A DNA stretch of 64,000 nt. Source: an uncultured Armatimonadia bacterium. GTDB lineage: Bacteria > Armatimonadota > Zipacnadia > CAVVLO01. Position 1 is the stretch's first letter, and every line of letters starts with the position of its first letter. Where the stretch lies: positions 512,001 to 576,000 of the forward strand of contig CAVVLO010000002.1 in assembly GCA_963749155.1 (NCBI GenBank). Reading direction: 5' to 3'. Both the position numbers and the translations under genes were made by a program. Below the pieces are notes generated by a model. That model saw only the letters and a list, made by a program, of their open reading frames with translations. It was not told the DNA's origin and did not search any database. Of this stretch, positions 20,736 through 32,156 are shown in pieces.

Positions 20736-23700
20736 ATGGAAACCTGGCAGCCTCTGTTCTTTCTTGTTTGCCTGCTCGCACTGACCGCTGGCCTGGGATG
20801 GCCAGCCCCTGCCTCGGAAGGCCTGATTCTGCATCTCGACGCCGCCGCGCAGGTGGCAGCAGGGGGCCTTGGCCCGGAGAACAATGTCTGGACCAACCTG
20901 GCCGGCCAACCCGACTCGGTGGCGGGCTCGGTGCGACTACGGCATTTCGGAGAGAGCGTCCAATACGGCTGGGTTGGCGATGGCTCCCCTACCGCACCCT
21001 ATGCGCTGCGCTTCGATGGCAAGCAAACCTATGGCCAGGGGCCAGGCAATCTGGAGCTGCCCGAGCTTACCCTCGAAGCCTGGGCCAAGGTCGAGGGCCA
21101 CACCCTGCGGGCCGCGACGCTCATCGGTAACGACTTCGGGAAGGGGGGTATCTCGCTTCAAGTCGCCTCAGCCGCCGAGACAATCCAACTGCTACACGGA
21201 GTGACCTTTGCCCCGGTGGACGCCGAGGTCAGCCGGGGCGACTGGCATCAGGTGGTCGCCGTCATCAGTATGGACCAGGCGCTGTTCTATGTAGACGGCG
21301 CCTTTGCCTGCGCTCTGCCGCTTGACCAGAGAGCTCCAACCCGATCACCTCCCCGCCTTCGAGCTGGGCGGCGCGCACTTCCCGGAGCAGGATTATGCCG
21401 CCGCTGACGGCCTTATCGGCGAACTTGGGCTGGTGCGCGTCTACAATCGGTTGCTCTCACCCACTGAAGTAAAAGCTAACTTCGAGGCCGACCAGGCGCG
21501 GTTCGCCATCAGGTCACTGACCGAGCTTGGACCAGTTAGCTCGATGCCGATTCCCCAGGTACCTGGCGTCGCTACGGCACCTGTGCGATGCCTGAAGTGG
21601 GACTACTACTACAACCCGGTGCGCGTAGTCTCGAACGCAACCAATGCGCAGTGGGCCTTCAACGGCTATCCGGCCAAGGTGACCCATCCGGTCGAATTCA
21701 CCACCTGCACGGCGCCTGCGCCCACGTCCGACAAACCGGTCGAGCTGACCATCAACTATCGCAGGCCGGTCGCGCTAACGAAGTTCGTCCATTACTTCGA
21801 GGGCTGGCGTAACTGGGGCGCCTGGCGAGAGGTTGAAGTCTACACCAGTCCCGACCGGCTGGACTGGCAGCTACTTGAGAGCTTCACAGACCTGCCGCCG
21901 GACTTCCCCCAGGTGCTGGCCTTCGACCAGCCGCGCCTTGCCCAGTATTATAAGGTGGTAGTCAAGGCTCTCGCGCCCTCAACGCCTGGCTTCAACACAC
22001 AGGAACTGGAGGCCTGGTATGGGGCCTCGGTCACAACGGTCGAAGCAGGCCAACCCGTGCAGTCGGAGTCCTTCCGGCTGCGTGTGCGTCTCGCCAGCCC
22101 CGACGCGTCGCTGTCCGGCGCCACCATCAAGCTGATCGCGCCTGACGGCGCTCTCTCGGGCGCGCTGGAAGCGCCTGTGCCGACAATCGAGCCCGGCTCC
22201 TCGGCGCTCGCAAGCTTGACTGTCACGCCGCTCACCCAGGGCGAAGTGCCCCTCCGGCTGGAACTGTGGGCCGGTGGCTTCCTCATCGACCAGCGCCCCT
22301 ATACACTGCGGGTCGCGCCCAAACTGGTCTTCTCCTCAGTTACCCCCACAGGTGGTAGCCTGGTCGAAACTGGCTCTCAGGTGAAACTGACCGGCCAACT
22401 CACAAACGCTGGGGCGACCGCCGCCGAGGACGTCGAGGTGACCTGGCAGGGCAAGCGCATCGCGGCTTGGAACACTTGCCCCTGACGCTTCGGCAGACTT
22501 CGAGCTGAATCGCAACCGCCAAAGCGGGTTATACCGAAGGTGGATTGGTCGCCAAGAGCGCCGATGGCGCGACCACAACACTGCGCAGAGCGGTAATTGC
22601 CGCCAAAACCGATACTGTCGCGGTGCAGTGTCCCTCTGCCGACTGGCGTTGGAGCAATTCTGACAGAAGGACTTGCCTTCTCGGCGAGGCTGCAGGGGGC
22701 AGAGCCGCTTACCGGTGAACTGAGACTGCTCGTAGCCGGCGCACCGGTGGCGCTGACACCGGTGGGTGCTTCGCAGCTTGCGGCTCTGGTGCCGGGCGCA
22801 GTGCTGCTCCTATCTGCCCAGCCGGCGAGAGACGGGCGACCTGGCTCTCGACTGCCGCTTGATTCCCGATGACCCCACCCCCCTCGTGAGGCCCTGGGCA
22901 GTCTTTGACTTCCAGCTTGGCCTTGCCGATACGCAAGTCTGCTTCCGCCCCCACATCGACTGGTATACCGTCGAACACGGGCCAAACTTCAAACCTACAC
23001 TCAGCGCTGGCAACAGCCCGACCCGGATGCTGTGCCTGGCGACCGACGATGCGACGCTCTCGCTGGTGCCGGACTGCGACAACACTTACTGGGGCTTCAC
23101 CCCTGACAACAGGATGACGGCGAACTTCCAGGTGCCGCTCGGTCCACGCGATGCGCTGAACACTGGCCTCTGGCGTCCTGTGCTGGAGGCGCCAGACCAC
23201 TTCCGCCTGACACTGGCAGCGCGTCCGGGTGATTGGTGGGAGGCCTACCGGCACATCGTCGCCGACCTCTTCCAGTTTGAGCAGCCCAGGCAGTGGGCGA
23301 TGCCAATTAGCCAGATGCAACAACTGACTATCAAAGAACTGATGAGCGCCCAGGCCTGGAGCGAGCGCTGGCAAAACACGAAGGTGCTCTCGAGCGACGA
23401 CCTTTTCTGGCCCTTCTACAGCACCGCTTATGCCCTGCCGGCGCTCTATTCGTGGTACCTGGCGACCGATGACACTATCGCCCTGGACAAGTCGCACAAG
23501 GTGGTCGACTGGCTCCTCGCCGTCGAGCAGCAGGACGGCCCGATGGCAGGCGGGTGGAATACCAGCTATTGGGCTGAAGGCGATCCTCCCAGACTCGTCG
23601 GAGGTGACTTCATCCGCAACCGCTGGTTCATCCCTCATGGTACGGGCGCGGTCGTGAAGACCTTGATGTGGTACTGGAAAGCCAGTGGCGGGCAGGATGG

Positions 23701-24868
23701 TCGGGTGCTCGCGGCCGCAAGGCGAGGCGGAGAATGGTTATTGCGAACGATGAAGCCTGATGGCGGCTGGCCGTATGCCTTCGACAGCGAAGGCAACCGT
23801 ATCACCGACCAGTGCGGCGCCGGGCAGATCTGGTGTACCTGGGCCCTGTGGGAGCTATATCAGGCCACAGGCGATGAACGCTACCGCGATGCGGCGCTGA
23901 AGTCGAAAGACTACTTCCGCGACCGGTTTATGGCTGTCCACAGGTATGTCGGCTACTGGGAAGACACGGTCGGCATCAGCAAGCAACAGACCGAGAGCAT
24001 CGGCAGTTGGGAAGGCTATGAGCCGGCACTTGCCATCCTGGCCTTCTCCGAGATGGGCGATGAACAACTAGCCCTTGCCGCGGCCGAGGATGCCGCCGTC
24101 CACTCCTGGACGCGTGTCCCAAGCACGCGCACCTACGAGACTTCATATGGTCAGACGACCGAACAGGCCACCTGCGGGCCTTCTCAAGCCCAGTCGCCGC
24201 TGGTGGGAGTGGCCTTCCACGAAGCCTATATGCTGACCGGCGACCCGCTCTGGCACGCGCTTTCGGGCGCCGTGAAAGCCGTGAACTTCTGCGCCGACCC
24301 GGAGCAAAACTGGGGTATGGTCGCAACCAGCGGGTGGAATATCCCACTTGCAGGAGTCACTGGTCCGCCGTATGAGAACGTCCGCCCGAGCGTCACTCCC
24401 GATATGCAACGGGGCGACTACGGCCGCCAGCTCTGGACGGGCTGGTGTACCGACCAGTTCGCCTGGCTTGCTCTCGAATGGCTGGTCCGGGAGGCCAACA
24501 GCCGCGCGCCGGAGTATCTCTCCCTCGACCCAGTCACCTTCCGGGGCACCGTACTCGGGGCTCCGGGGCGAGTCAAATTGCCCGAATCGAAGTGTGACAT
24601 CACGAGTTTCGAGCACTACGACATCAACTGGGTCGGTTATCAGAACGACCTGCAATACGCGCTGTTGGTGATGAACCATAAAGAAGCCGTCCGCATCGCC
24701 GTGCGCCCACAGGAAGCCCATCTGGACGTCTACACCAAGCCGCCGAAGCTGCTGATTTCCGACCAGGGCAAATGGCGCGAAGTCGAGGCGCATAAGGACG
24801 GCATCCAGTATATCGTCGAAGTGCCCGCCGAAGGCAACGCGCTGTTCATCTGGGATCGTATCAAATAA
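20736..24868 (+). CDS. Large secreted protein B (paralogue of 15011-19190); frameshifts near 21330, 22460-22600, 22820
   Basis: Signal peptide; GLILHLDAA; shares FRPHIDWYTVE, GAGQIWCTWALW, CGPSQAQSP and WCTDQFAWLALEWLVRE with A; C-terminus NALFIWDRIK versus NALFVWDKIK. Confidence 0.7.
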
Positions 24869-24902
24869 CGGGCTCCGGCCCGAGTGCCAAGGAGGCACGA
24901 AG

Positions 24903-25743
24903 ATGAAGCTCGGATTCACGACTTATGGCAATCTGGCAATGCTAGACTTCGCAAAGCAGGAGGGCTTCGGCTGCCTGGAGTTCACCAGCCTGCCTGGCTA
25001 CCCCAATATGGATCTGGTCGCCGACCTGGCCGATCCGGGCGCGCTGGCCGACTTCAAGGGGCAGATTAGCGCCTCGGGCCTGGAGGTGCAGTCCATCATC
25101 ACCGCCGTCAACCCGATGGCCGTCGACGAGCACAAGACCTGGCTCGCTGGGCTGATCCAAGTCGCGGGCAAGCTGGGCATCCGTTATGTCTCGACTACCT
25201 CCGGTCAGAATCCGGCCCTCTCCCTCGACGATAATGTGAAGCTTTTCGGGCAGGTCTATCGCGAATTGGTCAAACTGGCCGACGACTCAGGCGTTGGTAT
25301 TGTGTTCGAGAACTGCCTGCACGGGTATCCGGCTCGGCCAAAACATCGCAGTCAACCCCGAGACTTGGGAGAAAGTCTTCAACGAGGTCGACTCGCCCAC
25401 CCTTGGCCTCGAGTTCGACCCTTCGCATCTGATGTTCCAGTTCATCGACCCGGTGGCAGCCGCCAGAGAGTTCGCAAGTCGTATCTACATCCTGCACGCG
25501 AAGGACACTGAGATACTCGAAGAAGAGCTTGCCTGGGGAGGCCTTTACTCGCTGAAGGGTTATTGGCGCTTCCGGCTGCCCGGTTACGGAGAGTGCGATT
25601 GGGCGGGGCTATTCCAGGTGCTGCGCGAGGCCAGCTTCGAGGGCAATGTGATCATCGAGCACGAGGATCCGGTCTTCCACGGGGAACTCTATGAGCAAGG
25701 GCTGCGCATCGGCAAACGTTTCCTGGAGCCCTTTGTCTGGTAG
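24903..25743 (+). CDS. Sugar phosphate isomerase/epimerase (TIM barrel); frameshift near 25335
   Basis: AAGGAGG RBS; IVFENC, LGLEFDPSHL, HAKD, FRLPGYG, VIIEHED. Confidence 0.85.
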
Positions 25744-25758
25744 CTGGGAGGATATTCT

Positions 25759-28056
25759 GTGCTGTTAAGACTGCTCGTGGGCGTGATGCTGATGGCCACT
25801 GCGCTTTGTGCTGCCACGCCGCAAGGCCCCAACCTGCTCGCGAATCCCGGCTTCGAAGAAGAAGGTGGCTGGCAGTCCTTTGGCAGCGGATTTTCCTTTG
25901 ACAATGCAGAACACCATTCTGGCCAGCGTTCGCTGCGCCTGACTGGCGAGAGCTTTGACGGCGCGCAGGGCGCAATGCAGCAACTCGTCTTCGAGACACC
26001 GCTTAAAGGACCGCTACTTGTTAGTGCATGGAGCAAGGCCGAGGGCGCCGAGGTCCAGCAGGACTATAACCTCTACCTCGATGTCATCTATACTGACGGA
26101 TCGCCCGACTGGGGCATCCGCGCCAACTTCGCCTCGGGCACCCACGACTGGGAAGAAGCGCGATTGGTCTTCTCGCCCGCTAAACCCATCGCCCGGATCG
26201 ATGTCCACGTGCTCTTCCGCCGCGCAACTGGCACGGTGTGGGTAGACGATGTCACCGTGGAACCGCTGCCCTTCGAGCTTGGCGAGGTGCAGTTTGCCAC
26301 AGACCTGGTGGAAACAGGGGGCCGTGCCAGCGTCCAGCTTGCCTGCACAGGCCCTGTAGACTGGCAGCTCGAGTTGCTGCAGGCTGGCGCAAGCCTTGGC
26401 CTTATCAAGGGCTCTGGGAAGCTGCTGCGTGGCACCTGGGAAAGATTAGAAGAAGGTCCTGCCAGACTCGAAGTGACTGCCACAGATCCCTTCTCAGGTC
26501 AGGCAGAACGCCTCTCTCGCGATTTTGAGATCGCTGCTCAAGGCTCGCCACTGCTCCTCTGGACCGCCTCAAGCTGCACCAACGTGACCGACGAGAGTCC
26601 TCCAGGCTCCGACCAGGCCCTCCGGCCGCAAGCGGCGCGCGGCGAGTGGGAAAGCGGCCAGGTCGTGGTTTGCTCAGGCCTTGGTCAGGTTGAAGTCTGG
26701 GGTCAGTGCTCGACTCTGAGAGGGCCAGATGGCGCGTTGATTGGCGATGCCGAGGTCTCTCTCAGGCGCGTAGCGCTTGTTGCAGGCCACCCCGATGCCT
26801 TGCTGCCAATGAAACCGATTCGACTCCAGCCCTGGCAACAGCAGGCCTTTTGGCTTTCCGTCCATGTGCCGGAAAGCACTCCCGCCGGCCTCTATGAAGG
26901 GCGCATAACCCTGTACAGCCGGCGCGAGGGAGGCTCTCTCTCCGGCACAACCGTGCCAGTCACCCTTGAGGTCTGGCGTGGCGCGCTGCCTCTCACCCCC
27001 AGCCTGCCTGCCGTGTTTGGCATCTCGGATAAAATGTTTTCCGACCGCTACGGCCTTACGGAAGGCTCCCCCGAGTGGGGCGCAGCCCTTGCTCGCTGGT
27101 GGCGTTTTCTGATGGACTACAGGATGGCCCCATATTTTTGTCGCTGGCAGTGGGACAGGCAGCCTCAACATTACTCCTATGCCGCGCCCTATCCCATCGG
27201 AGACGAACGGGCCGACGAGTTTCTCTCCGATCCACGCCTGACTGCAATCGCTGTCCCTTATCCCCTTGACGGCGACCTGGCCCAGCTTGCGCCGCGGCTT
27301 GCATATCTTAAGGCCAAGGGCTGGCTCGGACGCGCCTATCTCTACCCGTGGGACGAACCTCTCGAGCTTGCCCAGTATGAGCAAATCAAGGGCTGGGCGG
27401 CTGATGTCCATTCTCTTGCACCCGAGGCGCGCCTTCTTGTCACCTACTATGCAGGCCCTGGCCAGGGGCCCCATCAAGGCCAACTCGATGCGGTACCAGA
27501 CCTGTTCGGCGGGGCAGTGCAAGTATATGCGATGGGTCAGGGCTCCACAGGGGACAGCGACGATTACTGGCAGCAAATCAGCCCGAAGCTGAAGCCGGGG
27601 CAGGAATGGTGGCTCTATGTCTGTTGCGGGCCTGGTAACCCCTCGCCCAACCTGTTCATCACGCCAGATGGCTTCCAGAATCGCGCTGTGCTCTGGCGGC
27701 TATGGCGCGAGCAGGCTCAGGGGTTCCTCTACTGGGCGGTCAACAGTTACGGGGCCGACACCGCCGAGGGCAAGCTAGCCTTCAACCCGGGCCTTCCGGA
27801 TGGGGATGGCGTGCTGGTCTATCCGGGCGAAGCTTTCGGGGAAGAAGGTCCTGTCGCCTCGGTGCGCCTCGAACGCTGGCGAGACAGTGCCGAGGACTGG
27901 GAATATCTGCAACTGCTCGAAGCCCAGAGCGGTCGGCAAGCCACACTGGAGGCGCTCTCCAGAGTCTATCGCAGCTACAACTCGTATGCGACAGAGGGAC
28001 AACAGGTGGAGGACTGGCGGCGGGAGATGGCTCTCAGGCTGGGGTGGACAGATTAG
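25759..28056 (+). CDS. Secreted CBM4/9-like plus DUF4091 (GH123-like) glycoside hydrolase
   Basis: Signal peptide; NLLANPGFEE...VWVDDV (CBM-like); AARGEWESGQVV, YPWDEP, WLYVC, GFLYW, GDGVLVYPG, SVRLERWRDSAEDWEYL. Confidence 0.75.
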   Translation: MLLRLLVGVMLMATALCAATPQGPNLLANPGFEEEGGWQSFGSGFSFDNAEHHSGQRSLRLTGESFDGAQGAMQQLVFETPLKGPLLVSAWSKAEGAEVQQDYNLYLDVIYTDGSPDWGIRANFASGTHDWEEARLVFSPAKPIARIDVHVLFRRATGTVWVDDVTVEPLPFELGEVQFATDLVETGGRASVQLACTGPVDWQLELLQAGASLGLIKGSGKLLRGTWERLEEGPARLEVTATDPFSGQAERLSRDFEIAAQGSPLLLWTASSCTNVTDESPPGSDQALRPQAARGEWESGQVVVCSGLGQVEVWGQCSTLRGPDGALIGDAEVSLRRVALVAGHPDALLPMKPIRLQPWQQQAFWLSVHVPESTPAGLYEGRITLYSRREGGSLSGTTVPVTLEVWRGALPLTPSLPAVFGISDKMFSDRYGLTEGSPEWGAALARWWRFLMDYRMAPYFCRWQWDRQPQHYSYAAPYPIGDERADEFLSDPRLTAIAVPYPLDGDLAQLAPRLAYLKAKGWLGRAYLYPWDEPLELAQYEQIKGWAADVHSLAPEARLLVTYYAGPGQGPHQGQLDAVPDLFGGAVQVYAMGQGSTGDSDDYWQQISPKLKPGQEWWLYVCCGPGNPSPNLFITPDGFQNRAVLWRLWREQAQGFLYWAVNSYGADTAEGKLAFNPGLPDGDGVLVYPGEAFGEEGPVASVRLERWRDSAEDWEYLQLLEAQSGRQATLEALSRVYRSYNSYATEGQQVEDWRREMALRLGWTD

Positions 28057-28526
28057 AAGAGGCCCTTTTCCTCGTCCAGTGGAAGGAGTTGCTGCAGCGT
28101 TTCGCCAACTGGCAGGCGCGGTAGCAATTTGCTTTCCAGCTCTTCTACAACCCAATTCAAGGTGGCCAGCACCAGGCGGAGTTCTCGGGCAGTCAGATAG
28201 CGAAGGCCTGTCAGCACGGGGATGCGCAACACGCAGTCGCCTGTATCAGCCTCAATCCCCACACTGCCGAGTTTCAGGTTCGAGTTGAGTTCGAGCAGTT
28301 CTCGGATTACCCAATCTCTGCCTTCCAGCCTGGACTGGGAGATAAGCCCAGTGCGGAAATCAATCAGGGCGCCTTGCTCCTGGACAGAGGCGAGGAGCAG
28401 ATAGCGTTCACCGCGCACGCGAGCTACCAGTTGAATTTGCTGCCCTTTGTTACTGCGCGTATACGGCAGGTCGAAGGACTCTGCCAACCCGCACAAAGCC
28501 TCTAGCGCAGCTTCAGCCCCCGTCAC
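28053..28526 (-). CDS. YbjN-domain / type-III-chaperone-like protein
   Basis: RELLELNSNLKLGSVGIEADTGDCVLR motif. Likely GTG start at 28526 overlaps the end of the upstream paralogue; the start is uncertain. Confidence 0.55.
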   Translation of the reverse strand: MTGAEAALEALCGLAESFDLPYTRSNKGQQIQLVARVRGERYLLLASVQEQGALIDFRTGLISQSRLEGRDWVIRELLELNSNLKLGSVGIEADTGDCVLRIPVLTGLRYLTARELRLVLATLNWVVEELESKLLPRLPVGETLQQLLPLDEEKGLF

Positions 28527-29010
28527 TGGGGGGCTCCCCGGGAAGGTCATCCAGCACATCCCAGAAGGCATCGTCCAGCGACTTAACAGGCAGTTGGCCC
28601 ATCTCGGCCAACTGGCGCAGCCGGGCTCTGTACCGGAGGTGACAATTCGTTACTACGTTGAAAGCCAGCTCCAGTTGCCGAAGACAGAGTCCATCCTCGC
28701 CCAGCGGGAAGAATACCTCGAGGGTGACATCGCCTGTTTTGGGTTCATAGACAAAACGCCCCACGCCAAGTCGCGCGTTGAGTTCGAGCAGTTCACGGAA
28801 AAGCAGCACATCAGCCGAGGTGCCTTTTGCCGTGACGAAGTTGGGAACTCTGAAGACCGCCAGTTTTGCCTCGTCGAGAGCGGTGACATGCACATAGACA
28901 AGCTCGTGCTCCAGCACCAGCGGAACAAGCAGCCCGCTTCTTGAGCCTTCATACCAGTCCAGGCCCTGGTGATTAAGCATCAGCTTCAACTGTTGAAGGA
29001 TGGAAAGCAC
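28513..29010 (-). CDS. YbjN-domain protein
   Basis: RELLELNARLGVGRFVYEPKTGDVTLEVFFP motif; GGTGAGG before the GTG start. Confidence 0.6.
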   Translation of the reverse strand: MLSILQQLKLMLNHQGLDWYEGSRSGLLVPLVLEHELVYVHVTALDEAKLAVFRVPNFVTAKGTSADVLLFRELLELNARLGVGRFVYEPKTGDVTLEVFFPLGEDGLCLRQLELAFNVVTNCHLRYRARLRQLAEMGQLPVKSLDDAFWDVLDDLPGEPPSDGG

Positions 29011-29248
29011 CTGGCCTCACCTGCCTGAAGGAGTAATTCTATGGGGCGATGATTAGAAGATACCACAGCCTGTTCGTTCTGGAATCACCACCGCCAGATC
29101 CCATCGGCAAGCCTCTGCCGTCCTCTGTTGGAAACCCGATTGGCGCAGTAGAAGGCGCCCTCTGGATTTCCAGAGAGCGCCCTGGGTAAATCAGTCTGAC
29201 CTGCCGGCTTTGACTTTGCCGGAAGCGGTCGAAACAGGCTTGCCACAC

Positions 29249-30196
29249 CTACTTCGCTTTAGCCTCGAGCTTCTTGATAGTGTCCTTCAAAAACTGCACG
29301 AAGGGCGAAGTGTTGGCCGGGTCGAAGGGATTCATCATCTGCCCGCCAGAAGGCCCACCAGCACCACCAGGTCCGCCGGCGCCGCCGCCCATACCGCCAG
29401 GAGGCCCGCCCATACCGCCGCCAGGACCACCTGGACCACGGTTTCCACCCCCGGCCCCACCGGGGCCACCGGAGCCGCGATTGCCACCGCCAGGCCCACC
29501 AGGCCCGCCACCAAAACCACCAGGCGGCGGTTGCTGCATAGCGGTGAGCTGAGCCTCGGTAAGTGCGCCTTTCACACCGGCAAGCGCGGTCTTTACAGTC
29601 TGCTCGCCAGGCATACCGGCCTTGCGTAGCGGGGCTATCGCCGCCAGCACCTTCTTGGCCTGGGTTGCCGACAAGGGTTGCTTGCCTTCCGTTTCAAGTC
29701 GTCCTATCCCCCCCATTAGACCAAGCACCTGGAAGAACTCCATGGCGCCAGGCTGCATCTGAGGGGAGGGGCGCGACGCCCCACCGGAGGAGGGGACGGT
29801 ATTGGACGTCGCGCCACCGCCAGGCCCTGTGCCTCGCTGTTGACCGCCCGTCAGCGGCCTTCCCGAAGCTGGGCCACCAGTCCGGCCTGTTCCCTGGGAG
29901 GTTAATCCCGGACTGGTTTGAGCTACTCCCGGTGTGCCGCCGGGAGCTTGGCTGGGAGAGTTTGCGCCAGGAGCAGCAGGGCCGCCTTGACCGATGGGGG
30001 GCATCTGACCAGGCTCACCCTGGGAACCGCCAGGCTCTGCACCCTGCGCAAACTGATCTCCCTCCTGCCCGGGGGGGGGCAGAATCTCATATCTCACTGT
30101 GGGTACTTTTAGCCACAGAAAGCTGCCATAACCAAGTCCTGCAAGCAAAGCGAGAGTGACCAGGACCGTAGGCCACTTTCTCAACAGACCTCGCAT
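29249..30196 (-). CDS. Membrane-anchored Gly/Pro-rich protein, last gene of the exporter operon
   Basis: N-terminal TM helix; GGAGGA RBS; helical core LSATQAKKVL...LTEAQ flanked by low-complexity GGPGG tracts and ending MNPF. Confidence 0.7.
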   Translation of the reverse strand: MRGLLRKWPTVLVTLALLAGLGYGSFLWLKVPTVRYEILPPPGQEGDQFAQGAEPGGSQGEPGQMPPIGQGGPAAPGANSPSQAPGGTPGVAQTSPGLTSQGTGRTGGPASGRPLTGGQQRGTGPGGGATSNTVPSSGGASRPSPQMQPGAMEFFQVLGLMGGIGRLETEGKQPLSATQAKKVLAAIAPLRKAGMPGEQTVKTALAGVKGALTEAQLTAMQQPPPGGFGGGPGGPGGGNRGSGGPGGAGGGNRGPGGPGGGMGGPPGGMGGGAGGPGGAGGPSGGQMMNPFDPANTSPFVQFLKDTIKKLEAKAK

Positions 30197-30214
30197 ACTC
30201 CTCGTCCTCCTCTG

Positions 30215-31426
30215 TTACTCGTATCTCAACGCATCGATCGGATTCAGGCGCGAAGCCTGGCGGGCTGGGTAGTAGCCGAAGAAAACGCCCACGAAAGCCG
30301 CGAACCCAAAAGCGACCAGTATAGAGAGTGGAGAGACCGTCGCCTCCCACTGTGAAAACTTGCCCATAAAGAATGAGGCGATAACGCCAAGCACCACGCC
30401 TACAGAGCCCCCCGCCAGCGACAGCAGCAGCGCTTCCACCAGGAACTGAGCCCGGATATCTCGCCTGCGCGCCCCTATCGCGATACGGATGCCTATCTCA
30501 CGTGTCCGTTCTGTCACCGACACGAGCATTATGTTCATAATCCCTATGCCACCAACGATGAGCGACACACTGGCAATGCTAGCAAGCAGCAAGGTGAAGA
30601 CCCGGTTGGTCTCCTCGGCCATCTCGACGATGTCGGCCTGGCTGCGGATCATAAAAGCCTCGGCTGTCGGGTCGGTTATTTTATGCCGCTTGCGAAGCAG
30701 AGCGTCTACTTCTTCCTCTGCCTGGCTCATCTGGTCCATCGAGAGCCCCTGGACATCTATAGAGCGCACATACTGGGTGCCTATAAGGCGCTTCATTGCC
30801 GTGGTCACAGGAATGAAAACCTGATCGTCAGGATTCATCGGCCCCATAGCGCCTTTGGCTTTGGTCATCCCGACAATCTTGAATTCCAGTGCCCCAACCC
30901 GCATATATTCGCCGATTGGAGATTCGCCGCCAAACAAGGTCTCGGCGGTGTCAGGGCCGATGACAGCAACTTTACGTGACGATTCGGTCTCCACATCAGT
31001 GAACCAGCGCCCCTGGGCGATCTCCATATCCCGGATCGTCTCGTATTCGGGCGAGGTGCCAATGACCTGAGTATTGGTATTCTGGTTGCCATACTTGAGC
31101 TGCTCATTCGCTTGTACTTCTGGCGCGACTGCCTGGACCGAAGGACATTTGTCCGCTATTGCCTCAGCATCATCCAAAGTCAGAGTCTGACTACTGCCCA
31201 GGCTGCCTCTGACTGTGCCCGTCGACCGCCCTGCGAAGACGAACATCACATTGGTGCCCATCCGCTGGATGCGCTCCATCGTCTGAGCCTTCGCTCCGCG
31301 CGCTATGGCAAGCATCGTGATGACCGCCGCCACCCCGATGATGATGCCCAGCATGGTCAACGCAGCCCGAGGCTTGTTGGAAGCCAGGCTCTCCCACGCT
31401 GCCCGCATGCTTTCTCGTCGGTTCAT
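30215..31426 (-). CDS. ABC transporter permease, MacB/FtsX family
   Basis: [60 protein letters not shown]. Confidence 0.95.
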   Translation of the reverse strand: MNRRESMRAAWESLASNKPRAALTMLGIIIGVAAVITMLAIARGAKAQTMERIQRMGTNVMFVFAGRSTGTVRGSLGSSQTLTLDDAEAIADKCPSVQAVAPEVQANEQLKYGNQNTNTQVIGTSPEYETIRDMEIAQGRWFTDVETESSRKVAVIGPDTAETLFGGESPIGEYMRVGALEFKIVGMTKAKGAMGPMNPDDQVFIPVTTAMKRLIGTQYVRSIDVQGLSMDQMSQAEEEVDALLRKRHKITDPTAEAFMIRSQADIVEMAEETNRVFTLLLASIASVSLIVGGIGIMNIMLVSVTERTREIGIRIAIGARRRDIRAQFLVEALLLSLAGGSVGVVLGVIASFFMGKFSQWEATVSPLSILVAFGFAAFVGVFFGYYPARQASRLNPIDALRYE

Positions 31427-32151
31427 ATCCCTTCTCCCTGGGCATACACTGCGCGCGCGGCGCCATTACTTACCAGGTCATCGCCCTCAACCAGTCCATC
31501 TCGAAAGTGCACCACTCGCTGGGCATATTCCGCGATGTCAGCCTCGTGGGTGACCATCACGATGGTCTTGCCTTCCCGGTGAAGCTCTACAAAAAGGTCC
31601 ATTATCTCCTGGCTGGTGCGGGTATCCAGGTTGCCGGTCGGCTCGTCAGCCAGAATGACCGGCGGATCGTTTACCAGCGCTCTGGCGATGGCTACCCGCT
31701 GTTGCTGGCCCCCTGACAACTCGTTTGGCTTATGGTCCATCCGATCAACAAGGCCCACACGCAGCAAGGCAGCTCTTGCCAGGGCTTCCATATCGAGCTG
31801 TGCCGCTTGTTCGTTGTACATCAAGGGCAACATTACCTGTCTTATCGCCGTCCTGCGCGGTATCAGGTTGTAGGACTGGAACACAAAACCCAATTTCCGG
31901 TTGCGCAGCATCGCCAGTTCATCATCATCGAGCCCTGCCACTTCGCGCCCATCCAGCCTGTAAGAGCCTGATGTCGGAAGGTCCAGGCACCCGAGTACGT
32001 TCATGAAAGTAGATTTGCCCGAGCCCGAAGGACCCATTATCGCAATAAACTCGCCTGCCGAAATATCCAGACTGACGCCGCGCAGGGCTTCGACGATGAT
32101 ATCGCCCATCTGATATATCTTGTGGATGTGGTCTACTTGAATCATGCTCAT
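31423..32151 (-). CDS. ABC transporter ATP-binding protein, MacB/LolD family
   Basis: Walker [10 protein letters not shown], signature [23 protein letters not shown]. Confidence 0.95.
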   Translation of the reverse strand: MSMIQVDHIHKIYQMGDIIVEALRGVSLDISAGEFIAIMGPSGSGKSTFMNVLGCLDLPTSGSYRLDGREVAGLDDDELAMLRNRKLGFVFQSYNLIPRRTAIRQVMLPLMYNEQAAQLDMEALARAALLRVGLVDRMDHKPNELSGGQQQRVAIARALVNDPPVILADEPTGNLDTRTSQEIMDLFVELHREGKTIVMVTHEADIAEYAQRVVHFRDGLVEGDDLVSNGAARAVYAQGEGI

Positions 32152-32156
32152 AATCG

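Noticed and set aside
29340..29530. GC-rich short repeats as a possible CRISPR array or DNA repeat element
   Set aside because: They are degenerate codon repeats encoding GGPGG tracts inside an ORF, with no constant repeat-unique spacer structure and no cas genes.
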